Shown in pieces: positions 51,535-64,000 of a DNA stretch of 64,000 nt. Each line of letters begins with the position of its first letter. Within the stretch, counting starts at the first letter, position 1. The DNA lies in NCBI RefSeq assembly GCF_006345805.1, contig NC_043005.1, positions 84,072,001 through 84,136,000 on the forward strand, read 5' to 3'. The notes beneath the pieces are model-generated. The model was not told the origin of the DNA. It searched no databases and worked only from the letters and a program-made list of their open reading frames with translations. Source of the stretch: Octopus sinensis (taxonomy: Eukaryota). Both the position numbers and the translations under genes were made by a program.

Positions 51535-52590
51535 AAGGTAGTGAATCGGCAGAATTGTTAGCATGCCAGAGAAAATGCTTGGAGGCATTACATCTGTCTC
51601 AATTTCCTCCAAATTCAACTTTACCTTTCATCTTTTCGGGAGTTGATAAATTAAGTACCAGTTGCATACTGGGGTTCTCCCTCCCCACACAAATTTCAGG
51701 CCTTGTGCCTTTAGTAGAAAGGATTATTATGATGATGATGATGAAGGCAGAGAGCAGGCAGAATTGTTGATATGCCAGACAAAATGTTTTAGCAGCATTT
51801 TGTGTCTGTCTGTCTGTCTGTGTGTTCTGAGCTCAAATGCTGCCGAGGTCAACTTTGCCTTCCATCCTTTTCGGGCTGAGGATTATCGCTGTTGTTACTA
51901 TTATTATTATTATTATTATTATTAAGGAGAGTGCTATCTGATAGCAAGTTTTCTGAAAGGTGGGTGAATTGTGCAAGAATGGCCAGTATAAATGGACCAA
52001 TTCTGAGGTTTCGCCTGTAATTGAAAAAGGTATTATAAAAGGAGAAAGGGGCTCTCTACCCCACTTTTGACCAGGCTCCCGTGGCCTTTACGGATTTTTC
52101 CACGTGAGATCTTTTCTTTTTTCGAAGCGTCTCCTCTATTGGGAGTTTTGTAAATTGTTGAATTTTTTTTTTCGTTGTTATAAAGCTTGTTTACATAGAC
52201 TTTTTTTTCTTTTCGAAAAACGGACAAAACCTTTTGTAACCTTTCATCCTATTTTGTCCCTTTATGTTTTCCAATCATGTTTGTCAGCCCTTGTGGCCAA
52301 TAAAAGAATTAATTATTATTATTATTATTATTATCGTTGTTGTTATTATTATTATTAATATTATTATTATTATCGTTGTTGTTATTATTATTGTGGAAAG
52401 CTGGTAGAAACATTAGTATATCAGACAAAAGGCTTTTAATAGTGTTTCATTTGGCTCTCTATGTTCTCGGCTCAAATCTCACCAAGGTCAACTTTGCCTT
52501 TCATTCTTTCGGGGTCAGTAAAATGAGTTCCAGTCCTGGGATCCAAGTAATTGACCAGACATCTCCCTCTAAATTCCAGGCCTTGTGCTG
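51535..52590 (+). mobile_element. SINE family A copies (51535-51725, 51745-51880, 52395-52590) around a unique segment
   Basis: Family motifs. Confidence 0.75.
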
Positions 52591-52599
52591 ATAGCAGAT

Positions 52600-53065
52600 G
52601 TGGCCTATGACAGTACCGCCTGATTGGCACTCATGCCAATGGAATGTTAAAAGCACATCCGGGCGTAATCATTGCCCAGGCCACAGATTGGCTCCTGTGC
52701 CGGTGGCGCATAAAAAGCACCATTTGAGCGTGATCGTTGCCAGCGTTGCCTTACCAGCATGTGCTGGTGGCACATGAAAAACAGTATTCGAGCATGGTTG
52801 TTGTTGCCAGTGCCACTGGACTGGCTCCCATGCAGGTAGCACGTAAAAAAACACCTTTTGAGCATGGCCCTTGTGCCAGTGGCATGTAAAAGCACCCACT
52901 ACACTCTCGGAATGGTTGGCGTTAGGAAGGGCATCCAGCTGTAGAAACTTTACCAGATCAGATTGGAGCCTGGTACAGCCTTCTGGCTTGCCAGTCCTCA
53001 GTCAAACCATCCAACACATGCCATGGAAAACAGATGTTAAACGACAACGACGATGATGATGATGA
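52600..53065 (+). mobile_element. RTE 3'UTR fragment with multiple subrepeats (family C)
   Basis: Family motifs and (GAT)n tail. Confidence 0.85.
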
Positions 53066-53075
53066 TAATAACAAC

Positions 53076-53127
<52 letters not shown>

Positions 53128-53623
53128 GCAAGAAAAAACAAAAACATCCATCAAATTTAAAAAGAAAACTATATTTTCCCCGGTGGTTTCTCGTTCATTA
53201 GTCAGTGTATATATGTGTGTATATAGATGTATTTATAAGTATATAACTGTATATAGACGTATATAAATATGTTTCCAATAATTTCACGCTTTGCTGACGG
53301 AATATTTATGTTGATGCTTGACAAAGAGTAAAACAATAAGTTGGAGTGTTAATAAGGTCTTTAACACGGAGGTGGCCCAGATGAAGCATGCTGGGAAGGA
53401 TATAGACCCTCCCTCCATCACACACACACCTCGCTGGAAACTTGTTGGATGCGGTGAAGTGTCTCTTGCTCTGTGTGTGTGAGAGAGAGAGAGAGAGACT
53501 ATGGCTGTATGTGAGTGTGTTTGTTACTGCGGTAGTCTGTGTGCGTGCTTGTATGTGACAATGTGTGAATATGTGAGTGTGTGTATGTGACTGTGTGCAA
53601 CTCTATATTATTGTTATTCTCTT

Positions 53624-53661
<38 letters not shown>

Positions 53662-53699
53662 AATGGGTGTAAGTCTGTGTATGTGAGAGTGTGTGTATG

Positions 53700-54134
53700 T
53701 GAATGTATGTGACTGTGTGTATATGTTATTGTCAGTGCATGTGATTCTGTTACTCTTACTGTGTGTGTGTGAAAGAGAGAGAGTGTATGTATGTATTGTT
53801 AGTATATGTGATTCTGTTACTCTCACTGTGTGTGTGTGAGAGAGAGAGAAAGAATGTGTGTTTGTGTGTGTGTGAGGGAGAGAGAGAGTGTGTGTATGTA
53901 TGTATTGTTAGTATATGTGATTCTGTTACTCTCACTGTGTGTGTGTGAGAGAGAGAGAAAGAATGTGTGTTTGTGTGTGTATGAGGGAGAGAGAGAGTGT
54001 GTGTGTGTATGTATGTATTGTTAGTATATGTGATTCTGTTACTCTCACTGTGTGTGTGTGAGAGAGAGAGGGAGAGAGAGAATGTGTGTGTGTGTGTTAT
54101 TGTTGGTTTATGTGATTCTGTTACTCTCACTGTA

Positions 54135-54174
<40 letters not shown>

Positions 54175-54195
54175 CGTGTGTGTGTGTGTGTGTGT
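53700..54195. repeat. Compound minisatellite of about 5 units (70-110 bp), core gtgattctgttactctcact plus (TG)n(AG)n
   Basis: The core recurs at about 53740, 53809, 53918, 54030 and 54112. Confidence 0.9.
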
Positions 54196-54554
54196 ATGAT
54201 GGTGGGAACTGAGTTCCTGGAAACTGTGTAATGACTGATAGATATATGGGTTTTGATAAATTGGAACATTATTACTGTGGTAGTTTGGGGACAGGCAAGG
54301 AGAAGAGCTGCTTGGAATTGAACCGAGCAAAGAAGCCATCCTTGATGGTGCCAGTGGAGAGCAACAACAACAAAAAGCAAAAAATAAAATATAATTTTTT
54401 TTTGAAAATGGGGGAAAATAAAAAGAGAGCTTTTTTATGGAATTGTTATATTTTATTGTCTGTATTTACCTGTTTGACATTTGTTATTAAACACCTTCAT
54501 ACTCCACCATCATGGAACAACAACAACATCAACAACTACAGTAAGACCACCACT

Positions 54555-54880
54555 GCTTGCTACCACCACCACCACCACTACCATCACAACCATTACCACA
54601 ATTACCACCACCACCACCACTGCTACTACCATCACAACCTCTGTCACCACCACTACCATCACAACCATTACCACAATTACCACCACCACCACCACCACCA
54701 CCACCACTACCATCACAACCATTACCACAATTACCACCACCACCACCACCACTGCTACTACCATCACAACCTCTGTCACCACCACTACCATCACAACCTT
54801 TACCACAATTACCACCATCACCACCACCACTGCTACTACCATCACAACCTCTGTCACTACCACCACCACCACCACCATTG
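54555..54880. repeat. (ACC)-rich higher-order tandem repeat
   Basis: Recurring actgctactaccatcacaacctctgtcacc and accattaccacaattacc blocks. Confidence 0.92.
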
Positions 54881-55116
54881 ACAGCATTGACAGCAGCAGC
54901 AGCAGTTGTCTTGTTGCAACTGAAGACTTGTTAACATTTCATAGGAAATAAATGTCAGGGGAAAAAGATGAGGTAAATTTAATGAAGTGATTAATGTCGA
55001 CTTAATGAAGCTGCTTTAAGAGAGGAGAACGAACACTATCAACCACCGACCGATAATAACAAATTACTGTCTCTCTCTCTCTCTCTCTGTTTGTGATTGC
55101 TAGTGTATGTGTACTT

Positions 55117-55818
55117 GGGCTGTGTGGTAAGAAGTTTGCTTCCCAACCACATGGTTCCAGGTTCAGTCCCCGCCCTGCGTGCCACCTTGGGCAAGTTTTT
55201 TCTACTATAGCCTCGGGCCAGCCAAAGCCTTGTCAGTAGATTTGGTAGATGGAAACCGAAAGAAGCTTCACCATCATCATCACCACTTAATGTCCCCTCT
55301 CTCTCTTTCGGAGAGGCATAAGCACCTACACACACATAAACACACACGGTAGTGACCTCCACCTACCGAATTCAATCACAAAGCTTCGGTCGGCCCAGGG
55401 CTATAGCAGAAGACACTTGCCCAAAGTGCCACGCAATGGGACTGAACCCGAAACCATATAGCTAGGAAGCAAGCTCCCTAACCACCCAATTTACATACAT
55501 GCATACATATATATATATATATGTAAAAGTAAAAAATACACAAACTGGGACAAGAATGTGAAACATTTAGAAGACGACACAAAAAACACGGACGGGACTT
55601 TCGAAGCTCTCAGTCATCAGTCAAGAACCAGATCATCTTCGCAATTTCAGCTGATACACACACACACACATACACACACATATATATATGAGAATATTCT
55701 GTAAACAAATTTATAAGTGCTGAGGGAGTTGGTATTCTGCAGAAAATAAATTCTCAAATGCAGAGTAAAAAAAATTTTTAAACATACTTTTGCGCTGTTT
55801 CCACTTTAACTTTTTACC

Positions 55819-55865
<47 letters not shown>

Positions 55866-56035
55866 ATATAATAGGCATAAGGATGGCTGTGTGGTAAGAA
55901 ATTTGCTTCCCAAGCCCATGGTTCTGGTTTCAGTCCTGCTACATAGAATTTTGGACAAGGGTCTTTTACTATAGTTTCGGGACAACCAAAGCCTTGTGAG
56001 TAGATTTGGTAGGTAGAAACTGAAAGAACCCCATC
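55117..56035. mobile_element. SINE family B 5' halves: plus 55117-55270, minus 55360-55490, plus 55880-56035
   Basis: Family motifs. Confidence 0.8.
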
Positions 56036-56049
56036 ACACACACACAAAC

Positions 56050-56427
56050 ACACATACATAAGCACCATTCAAGCATAGGCTGATGTCAGTGCCATTTGGT
56101 TGGCTCCCCATACTGGTGGCACGTAAAAAGCACCATCTGAACATGGTCAATACTAGTCCCCGCCCTGACTGACTTCTGTGCTGGTGGCATGTAAAAAGCA
56201 TCATCAAAATGTGGTCGATGCCAGTACCAACTGACTAGCTCCCATGCCAGTGGCACGTAAAAAGCACCCACTACGCTCTCAGAGTGGTTGGCATTAGGAA
56301 GAGCATCCAGCTGTAGAAACCTTGCCAGATCACATTGGAGCCTGACGCAGTCATCTGGCTTGCCAGTCCCCAGTCAAACTGTCCAACCCATGCCAGCATG
56401 GAAAATGGACGTTAAACAATGATGATG
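56050..56427 (+). mobile_element. RTE 3'UTR fragment (family C)
   Basis: Family motifs. Confidence 0.85.
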
Positions 56428-56594
56428 TGGAAACACCTAGCATCATAGCATCATAATTTTGAAATATCTATCAAACCATCAAAAGCTTGTTTATTTTTAT
56501 GTTTGATTTATTATTAGTGTTGTTTAATATGTTTTGCTAAAATTGCTGTTTCTTTTCAGGTATCATCAGAAAAAGGTAATTAAAATTAATTAAA

Positions 56595-56945
56595 ATGACA
56601 GATCTATTGGACTTTCAAAGAGGTCAAATTGTTGGTGCTCGTATGGCAGGTGCTAGCATAACAAAAACAGCCAAAATGTTTGGTATATCAAGAAGTACTG
56701 TCTTGAAAGTAATGACTGCCTTTGAGAAAGAGGGAAAAACCTCCTCGTCGAAACAAAACTCCGAAAGAAAGTCAAAACTTTCAGATAAGGACTGTTGGAC
56801 TCTTACACGAATTATTGGAAAGGATCACAAAAATACAGCTCCTAAAATTATTGCAGAGCTTAATGACCACCTCGAGAACCCAGTTTCCACAAAAACTGTT
56901 TGCTGGGAGCTGCATAAAGCCAGATTTCATGGGAGAGCTTTGTGA
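56595..56945 (+). pseudogene. Tc1-like transposase, N-terminal DNA-binding (paired-like HTH) fragment; catalytic domain missing
   Basis: MTDLLDFQRGQIVGARMAGASITKTAKMFGISRSTV..KVM...KEGKT....GRK-like motif..T..AELN......VSTKTV..ELH..GF-like. Truncated after 116 aa. Confidence 0.88.
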
Positions 56946-57960
56946 TCCAAAGTAATGTTGCTGAATATCTCTCGTGAGATTTTAAAATAGTAAGACACAG
57001 CATTGTTTACCATTGTATTCTAATGGCTCATTTACTGTCTATTCTGTTAGTTCCCTGCTTACTGAAGCTTCTCTTTGGGACCCTGGGCCTATTTAACCCT
57101 TCAACTAACCATATCATTATCAAGGTTGCTTATATGTGATCCTTACAGAGTAATGTCGGTTACTCTGATGTGTAACCTTTAAGATTACTTATCAGAGCAT
57201 GTCTACCACACACTGGTGGGTCTGAGTGACATGTGTCTGGGGGGTCAGCCCTCCTCTGACTCCTAAATGCATTAGCTACAGAACTTTCTTCTGCTATTTG
57301 ACCTTTAATTGGGGCCCTTGATATGTAATGCTGCCCTGGGCCAGAGCAGATCTGCTTTACAATGTGCACTCATATTGTTTAGTCCCTCATCCAGGGTTGG
57401 TGCTAGGATTTTCAGCACCCCAGTCCTATCCCTACAATGGGCACAAATCATTCTCTGAGTCCTAAAAATGTGCTGACTAAAGGATAATCCCAGACTCTCT
57501 TGAATTAATGAACTCCCAAGCTGGAGCCTCACTGCTAGATGCAGTTTAATGTCTTGCCCGGCATTAATACAGGTACTATCACCCTGGGGCCAGATCAGGC
57601 CTGGGAGTAGTGATGACTAAGTAGTAACACCATACTGTTCAAAACTCCTCAACTCCTGAAATGGTCTCTCACTCCCAGATGAAGTTGAATGTCTTGTCCA
57701 GAAGAAGAAGTGTATCTGGCTGTGGACAAACTGGCTCAGCAAATTCCGTTTGACACATGAAAAGCTTGGAAAAGTGGACGTTAAAATAATGATAATATAT
57801 TTTGTCATAATTATTTTTACTGCATTTCTCGACTGGTGTAAAGGTTGGGTAATGACTGTGAGAACCATATAAAAAAGGCATACATAGTAGGGTTTAGAAG
57901 AAAGGGATACATTAAAGGGTTGGCAAAAGGGTGAGTGCTTTATGTAGGACAGGAAAAAAG

Positions 57961-58465
57961 GAGTGAACATTTGTAGGGGCTGGACTAGGGTATTGAAAAT
58001 CCTTGCACCAACCTGGATGTGGGATTAAACTACATGGGTGTGTAAGGCTAGGAGTGAATATTGTAGGGGCTGGATTAGGGTGCTGAAAGTCCTTGCACTA
58101 ACCTAAATGTGGGATTAAAATAGATGGGTGTGTAAGGCTAAGAGTGAATATTGTAGGAATATCAAGGTGGCGAGCCGGGCAAAATGTTTAGCGGTATTTC
58201 GTCTGTCTTTACATTCTGAGTTCAAATTCCGCCGAGGTCGATTTTGCCTTTCATCCTTTAGGGGGCGATAAATTAAGTACCAATTGCGCACTGGGGTTGA
58301 TGTAATCGACTTAATTCCTTTGTCTGCCCTTGTTTGTCCCCTCTATGTTTAGCCCCTTGTGGGCAATAAAGAAATAAGAATATTGTAGGGGCTGGACTGG
58401 GGTATTGAAAATCCTTGCACCAACCTGGATGTGGGATTAAACTACATGGGTGTGTAAAGCTAGGA
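57961..58465. repeat. Three ~91-bp tandem units, the third interrupted by a family A SINE (58158-58377) with 12-bp TSD gaatattgtagg
   Basis: Units start at 57961, 58052 and 58142. TSD at 58146-58157 and 58378-58389. An inverted related unit lies at about 57385-57440. Confidence 0.9.
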
Positions 58466-59693
58466 GGAGGATGTGTACCCATTGTTGGGCTGGCAGAAGT
58501 GTGGGTGCTCAGTATAGGGAGAAGGGTGGGTGTTCATTATAGGGATGAAAGAAGAATGTTTGTCTATTGTAGGACTGGGAGACAGGAGTACTCACTGGAG
58601 AGGTGTTGGGTATCGAAAATCTTAGCAGCAGCCCTGGGTGTGAGGTTAAAAATCAACAGAAATGACAATAACAATCTGGATGGATCTAAATGGGTTCTGT
58701 CCCTCCCTTTTTCAGATTTACCAATAATAAATTAAAGACCTCCGTTTCACAGGAAATTGATTGTCGATTACTTTGTCAGACATAAATAAATGAACAAACT
58801 GCAGCCGCCAAGACGAGCAGTGCATTGAGCCAGCGGTTGGACAGCTTCCACCAGTCAATAACAGGTCAATCTGGGAAGAGGTGTCGGAGCTAAAGTTTCC
58901 AAGGTGTGAGATTCTTGTGCTTATCTTATCAGAGAAGTACAAAGCAGCTGTTTCAATATTTATTCTGTCTTTTTACAGGAATTTATTAAGAGATTCTTCA
59001 ATCTCGCAAAGTGTGAAGAATTTAATATTCTCATTACGAGAGCTCTGGGATCTGTTACAGTGTTTGCAGTTATGATTTATTTACTTTATCTGCTTTTGTA
59101 TTTATATATATATTTTTTATTGATTAATTCCCTCATTACATGGTGGTTGTGAAGGTGGCAGTGACGGTGGTGATGGCTGTCGGTGGGAAAGAAGAGAACC
59201 TGAGGATGGAGATGAGGCAATGTGGGCGGTAATAGGAGAAACATAAGAAATTGGTTACAAATCAACTGGAAATGATTATTTTTATTGTTGTTGTTGTTAT
59301 TATTTTCATTATTATTAATATTATTGTTGCTATTATCATCAATATAATTATTGTTATTATTATTATTGTTATTATTATTATTATGATTATTATTATTATT
59401 GCTATTTAAGATGTTATTGGACAGACATATTTATCTGTCTGCTACACTTTGTATGGTTGTGTGGTTAAGGCTTGCAAGTTGAGTGCATCGATGATGAACA
59501 CAGCTTTTTTCTTCCCCCCTTTCATATTGAAATATTTATACACATACACACCTGTATATACACTCATTTATACACACGTATATCATTTATACACACATAT
59601 ATCTTCGAATGTTTAAAATGACACCCTTCACTTGCAATGTCATTAATAATTTTTGACAGAAAACAACAAAAAAAACCCAACACTATTTTTATA

Positions 59694-59733
<40 letters not shown>

Positions 59734-59735
<2 letters not shown>

Positions 59736-60059
59736 GGTGGTGAGCTGACTGAATCATTGGTGAACCAGACAAAATACTTAGCAGCGTTTTTTCTGTTTTT
59801 ACATTCTGGGTTCAAATTGCACCAAGGACACCTTTGCCTTTCATCATTTCAGGGTTGATAAATTAAGTATCAGTAAAACACAGGGGTTGATTACAGCGAC
59901 TAGTCCCCACCCAAAACTTCCAGGCTTTCTGCTTTTAATAGAAGGGATTCATCATCATCATCATCGTTTAACGTCTGGTTTCCATGCTAGCATGGATTAG
60001 ACGATTTGACTGAGGACTGGCGAACCAGATGGCTGCACCAGGCTCCAATCTGATTATTA

Positions 60060-60090
<31 letters not shown>

Positions 60091-60790
60091 AATAATTATT
60101 ATTATTAAGGTGCTGAGCTAGCAGAATGGTTAGGATGCTGGACAGAATGCTTAACATCATTTCATCCATCTTTCCGTCTCAAGTTGAAGTTTTATTGGGG
60201 TCAACTTTGCTCTTCATCCTTCTGAAGTCATCATCACCATCATCATCATCATCGTTTAACATCCGTTTTCCATGCTGGCATGGGCTGGACATTTCAACTG
60301 GAGTCTGGGAAGCCAGAAGGCTGCACCAGGCTCCAATCTTGATCTGGCAGTGTTTCTACAGCTGGATGCCCTTCTTAACCCCAACCACTCCAAGAGTATA
60401 GTGGGTGCTTTTTACGTGCCACCGGCACAGGGGCCAGTCTAGACGGCGCTGGCATGTTCGGTTGGTGTTTTTTATAAAATAAGCACAAGTTGAACACTGG
60501 GGTTGACGTAAATCGACTGGTCCCCCTCCTCCAAAATTTCAGAACTTGTGTCTATCATAGAAAAAATTATTATTATTTACTGGCAGAATCGTTAGCACGC
60601 TGGGTGAAATGCTTAGCGGTATTTTGCCTGCCGCTATGATCTGAGTTCAAATTCTGCCGAGGCTGACTTTGCCTTTCACCCTGTTGGACGTCGATTAAAT
60701 AAGTGCCAGTTATGCACTGGGGTCTATGTAATCGACTTAACCCCTCACTGCAAATTTCAGGCCTTGTGCCTATAATAGAAAAGATTATTA
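59734..60790. mobile_element. Nested cluster: plus-strand family A SINEs (59734, 60105, 60580) interleaved with minus-strand RTE tails (59948-60055, 60225-60460)
   Basis: Family motifs joined through (TTA)n and (CAT)n. Confidence 0.8.
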
Positions 60791-60869
60791 TTATTCTTTA
60801 CTCTCATAGCATTGCAGACATATTTGATTGACACATTTTATTTCAAAGATTTTACTGTTTTATCTTTTT

Positions 60870-61565
60870 TGTGGTTTTGTCATATGACTGTGGCCATGCT
60901 GGGGCATCTCCTTCAAAAGTTTAGTCGGACTAATCAACCTCAATGCTTATTTTTTAAAGCCACTTTGAGCTGAACTACTAAGTCACAGGGATGTAAACAA
61001 ACCAACACATGTTATCATGCACTGGTGGTGGTGATGGAGAGAAACATAATGCAAATCTACTCACAAGGCTTTGAGCAGCCCAGGGCTATAACTGAAGACA
61101 TTTGCCCAAGGTACCATTCAATAATGGTTGAGAAGCAAAGCCTCTTAACTGTGCAACCCCACCTGAGACGATAAGCATTTAATCTTTTATCTTTTACTTG
61201 TTTCAGTCATTTGACTGCAGCCATGCTGGGGCACCACCTTGAAGGGTTTTAGTCAAACAAATCGACCCCAGGACTTATTTCCTTTTAAGCCTGGTACATA
61301 TTCTCTCGGTCTATTTTGCCAAACCTCTAAGTTATTGGGACATAAACAAACAAACACCATCATCAAGTGGTGGTGGGTAGGGATTAATACACACACACTC
61401 ATACAATGGGTTTCTTTCAGTTTCAATCTAACAAATCTACTCAAAAGGCTTTGTTCAGCCTGGGGCTATAGTAGAAGACACTTGCTTAAGGTGGCATGCA
61501 ATGGAACTGAACTCTGAACCATGCAGTTGGGAAGCAGGCTTCTTACCTCACAGCCATACCTGTAC
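60870..61565 (-). mobile_element. Two tandem SINE family B copies
   Basis: Family motifs. Confidence 0.8.
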
Positions 61566-61950
61566 CTATATGATATTGAAATTTCTTTTGGAGTTCTAGT
61601 AAAAAAAAATTATAATTGTCCAAGAAGGAGCTACCCTCAATACCCAGGGATTTACAACAACACAAAGAAAATAGTTTTGTCTCATAAACTTGGAAAGCTT
61701 TATTTGCTCACATGCATTTTCCAATCCAAAATTCTGCCAGTCTAATGCCGTAAGTAGAAATAAATACATTAAAGCAGTTAAAAAAATTGTAATTATCATT
61801 CCATTTGTAATTAGTTTTAGTGGAAATGGTACGCAACCATTTTTGTAAGTATATCAATATATTGTCTCTGTAGATGGACAGATGCATGTTCTAGAATATA
61901 GCAACCATAAATGCTCACAAACATTTTGAAATTATTATTATTATTATTAT

Positions 61951-62314
61951 TGAGTGAGAGAGCAGTGCATGCCATCAAAGTGACACTGGGGTAAAATATA
62001 TGAAGTCCTGTATACCCATCATGACTACCTGTCTGATAAGGGTACACCAGGCACATGCATCACAACCATATGTGCGTGACATGGTGATATCATATTAAGA
62101 TAAACAGCGCATGACCTTGCAGGTGGGGCCTAGTTCGAATTTTCTTCTGGTCAAGTAACTCACCACACTCAAATGGTCCTTGAATAGTGGTTGTTTAAGG
62201 ATGTTGAACGAAACACCCATGTTTCCAAAGGCAAATTATTCAAACCCCAAAGAATCCCCCTCAACACATGGCTATGATGCTCCCCCACTACTTCTGCTCA
62301 TGATCAGAGATGCA
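61951..62314. mobile_element. Interspersed repeat family E
   Basis: Homologous to 35285-35700. Confidence 0.75.
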
Positions 62315-62933
62315 GTTCTCATTATTATTATTATTATTATTATTATTTTGACTTCAGACAATTTATTTGAGTTTTACATAATATATGATGCACACACATT
62401 GACAAACTGCAAAATAAAAGCCGTCGCTTCACTTGATTTATGCTTCTCTTTGTCTATGGCAAGTTTTGTGATTCATTACCAGAATTATAATAAAAATAAC
62501 CAAAATAAAAAAGAAAAAATAGACCCAAAAGAACCCTTTCTTAATCATGTATGCTGTACAGTCTCATTCAGATAATTGTCGAGTGATTGGCGAATATCTT
62601 AGAAAGACAATTGTTTGCAACACCAACAACAATATGTCATATCCTGAGGTGTTTTATTTTCTATCAGAGCTGAATACCAATCAACAAGATAACAACTACC
62701 ATCAGATCAGAAAGTCATTTAAAACTTCTATGCACAGCCCCCAACCCCTGCACAAAATGGTTAGCATCAACTTTAGGTGAATTTAGCTTTTATTTCCTAA
62801 TTGCAGAATGGTTTATATCTATGTTGTTTGGTGTCTCTCTCTATACTTTGAATCCTTGAACTTAATTTTCCTTAACCATGTTTTTTCATTGTCTCTTAAA
62901 GAATGATACTTCATTGTCCCTCTGCGTCTGCAT

Positions 62934-63165
62934 CAGGGGTTCTCAACCATTTTTCACCTTTGGACTCCTTTGATTCTCCTTTTTCTCTACTGGACCCTAA
63001 TAGCTATTTGATGTTTTAAAAATCCTATTATATTTTTGTGATGAAATATTTTTAGGAATTGTAGAAAAAAAATGTTAAAATATTTTGTGTATTGTACATA
63101 AATTTGAACAAGAAAATCTTATATAGACCCCTAATGGCCATAGGGATCCCAGCTGAGAACCATTG
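62934..63165. mobile_element. Old hAT-like MITE
   Basis: Termini caggggttctcaacc / agctgagaaccattg. TSD no longer matches. Confidence 0.5.
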
Positions 63166-63509
63166 ATTTAGATTCCCCAGACATTGATATCTGTAAGGCC
63201 CATTACATATGATGCAAGCATATTTTATCTGGGTCCATGCTCAAGGATACTTGATGGCCCAGTCTTGGGGTCATTACATAATAATATGTATTGCATGTGT
63301 GTGTGTGTGTGTTGGTTGTTTAACCCCAAGTCAGATTCTGTGATTTTAAAGGTATTTCAGCTGTGATGTGACCATTCCCTTTTCTGGAATGAGAAGAATG
63401 GGCACCACTGTTTGGACACTGACCATTTGGCATGGCTGACTGGACATTCAGACTGTTTTGGCAACGGTACTTTTTGGCATTAGAGCCAGGCGAACACACA
63501 CACACTCTT

Positions 63510-63543
<34 letters not shown>

Positions 63544-64000
63544 TACAGAAATATATACACACATACAGGAAGGGAGGAAGAGACATTACAATTCATTAAT
63601 CGAACACAAATGACTTTCCTCTTCCCCATACACATGAAGAGAAATATGCTTTCACATCCAAATGTTTGTATGTGATTTATATTTAATATTTATTATTTAT
63701 TATATTGTATTATTATAAGAATGTAATATACTGTTGTGCTAATAAATTAAAATTTTTTTTCATTTTTGAATTTCCAATCGTTATATACATCTCCATTTTC
63801 TATTATTTTCATAATTTCATATATTTATATACTAGCTTTAAAAGCTGCCCTATCAGGTGGATTTTAAGCTAGCTCCTGAGGAGGGCTCTTCCTTGGGGCC
63901 TTGGGCCCAACAATGACACTTCATGCGTTGAACACATATTAAATTTTATTAAACTTGACCAATATTTTTCAAGTAATGAACAATTATATAATTTGTTGAC

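Noticed and set aside
52600-52900. Repeat-spacer-like pattern (gtaaaaagcacc units) resembling a CRISPR array
   Set aside because: Eukaryotic context, degenerate units, related 'spacers' and no cas genes. It is the RTE 3'UTR subrepeat.
54231-54951. 216-aa and 156-aa ORFs with His/Thr/Pro tracts (mucin-like appearance)
   Set aside because: They are open in several frames on both strands because of the (ACC)n repeat. The unique N-terminal part shows no recognisable motif.
55590-55630. Minus-strand CTGATGA-ctgagagcttc-GAAA-gtc
   Set aside because: Stem II is weak, stem III is not palindromic and stem I does not pair.
63825-63910. atatactagctttaaaagc as a minus-strand Helitron 3' end (similar at about 11333)
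   Set aside because: No clear subterminal hairpin and no 5' TC end can be defined within the window.

Overview
AT-rich, microsatellite- and retroposon-saturated animal DNA. The SINE families and RTE tails point to a coleoid cephalopod, most likely Octopus (inference, not a database result). There is one credible protein-coding gene: an intact heparan sulfate glucosamine 3-O-sulfotransferase (HS3ST1/5-like) encoded in a single coding exon at 6468-7511 on the minus strand. A clear splice acceptor 76 nt upstream of the ATG implies non-coding upstream exon(s); candidate donors lie at 30934 and 58721. The rest is repeats: dozens of tRNA-derived SINE copies, 5'-truncated RTE LINE 3' ends, CR1/L2-like remnants, a Tc1 transposase fragment, a mariner fold-back, hAT and piggyBac-like MITEs, a Helitron, a Helentron-like element and long compound microsatellites. 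The most interesting signal is a tRNA-headed SINE whose tail contains a minimal type I hammerhead-ribozyme fold of the Penelope-like-element (PLE) kind. It is intact at 8072-8117, decayed at about 43.76 kb and about 9.36 kb, and preceded by an inverted copy of its own tail. Two further decayed hammerhead-like families occur at 4.8/5.4 kb and 37.9/41.06 kb. Other points of note are a near-perfect 317-bp palindrome at 48661-48977 and a head-to-head SINE composite sharing one 13-bp target-site duplication. Boundaries of dispersed repeats were read by eye and are approximate to tens of bp. Family labels A-E are my own working labels.
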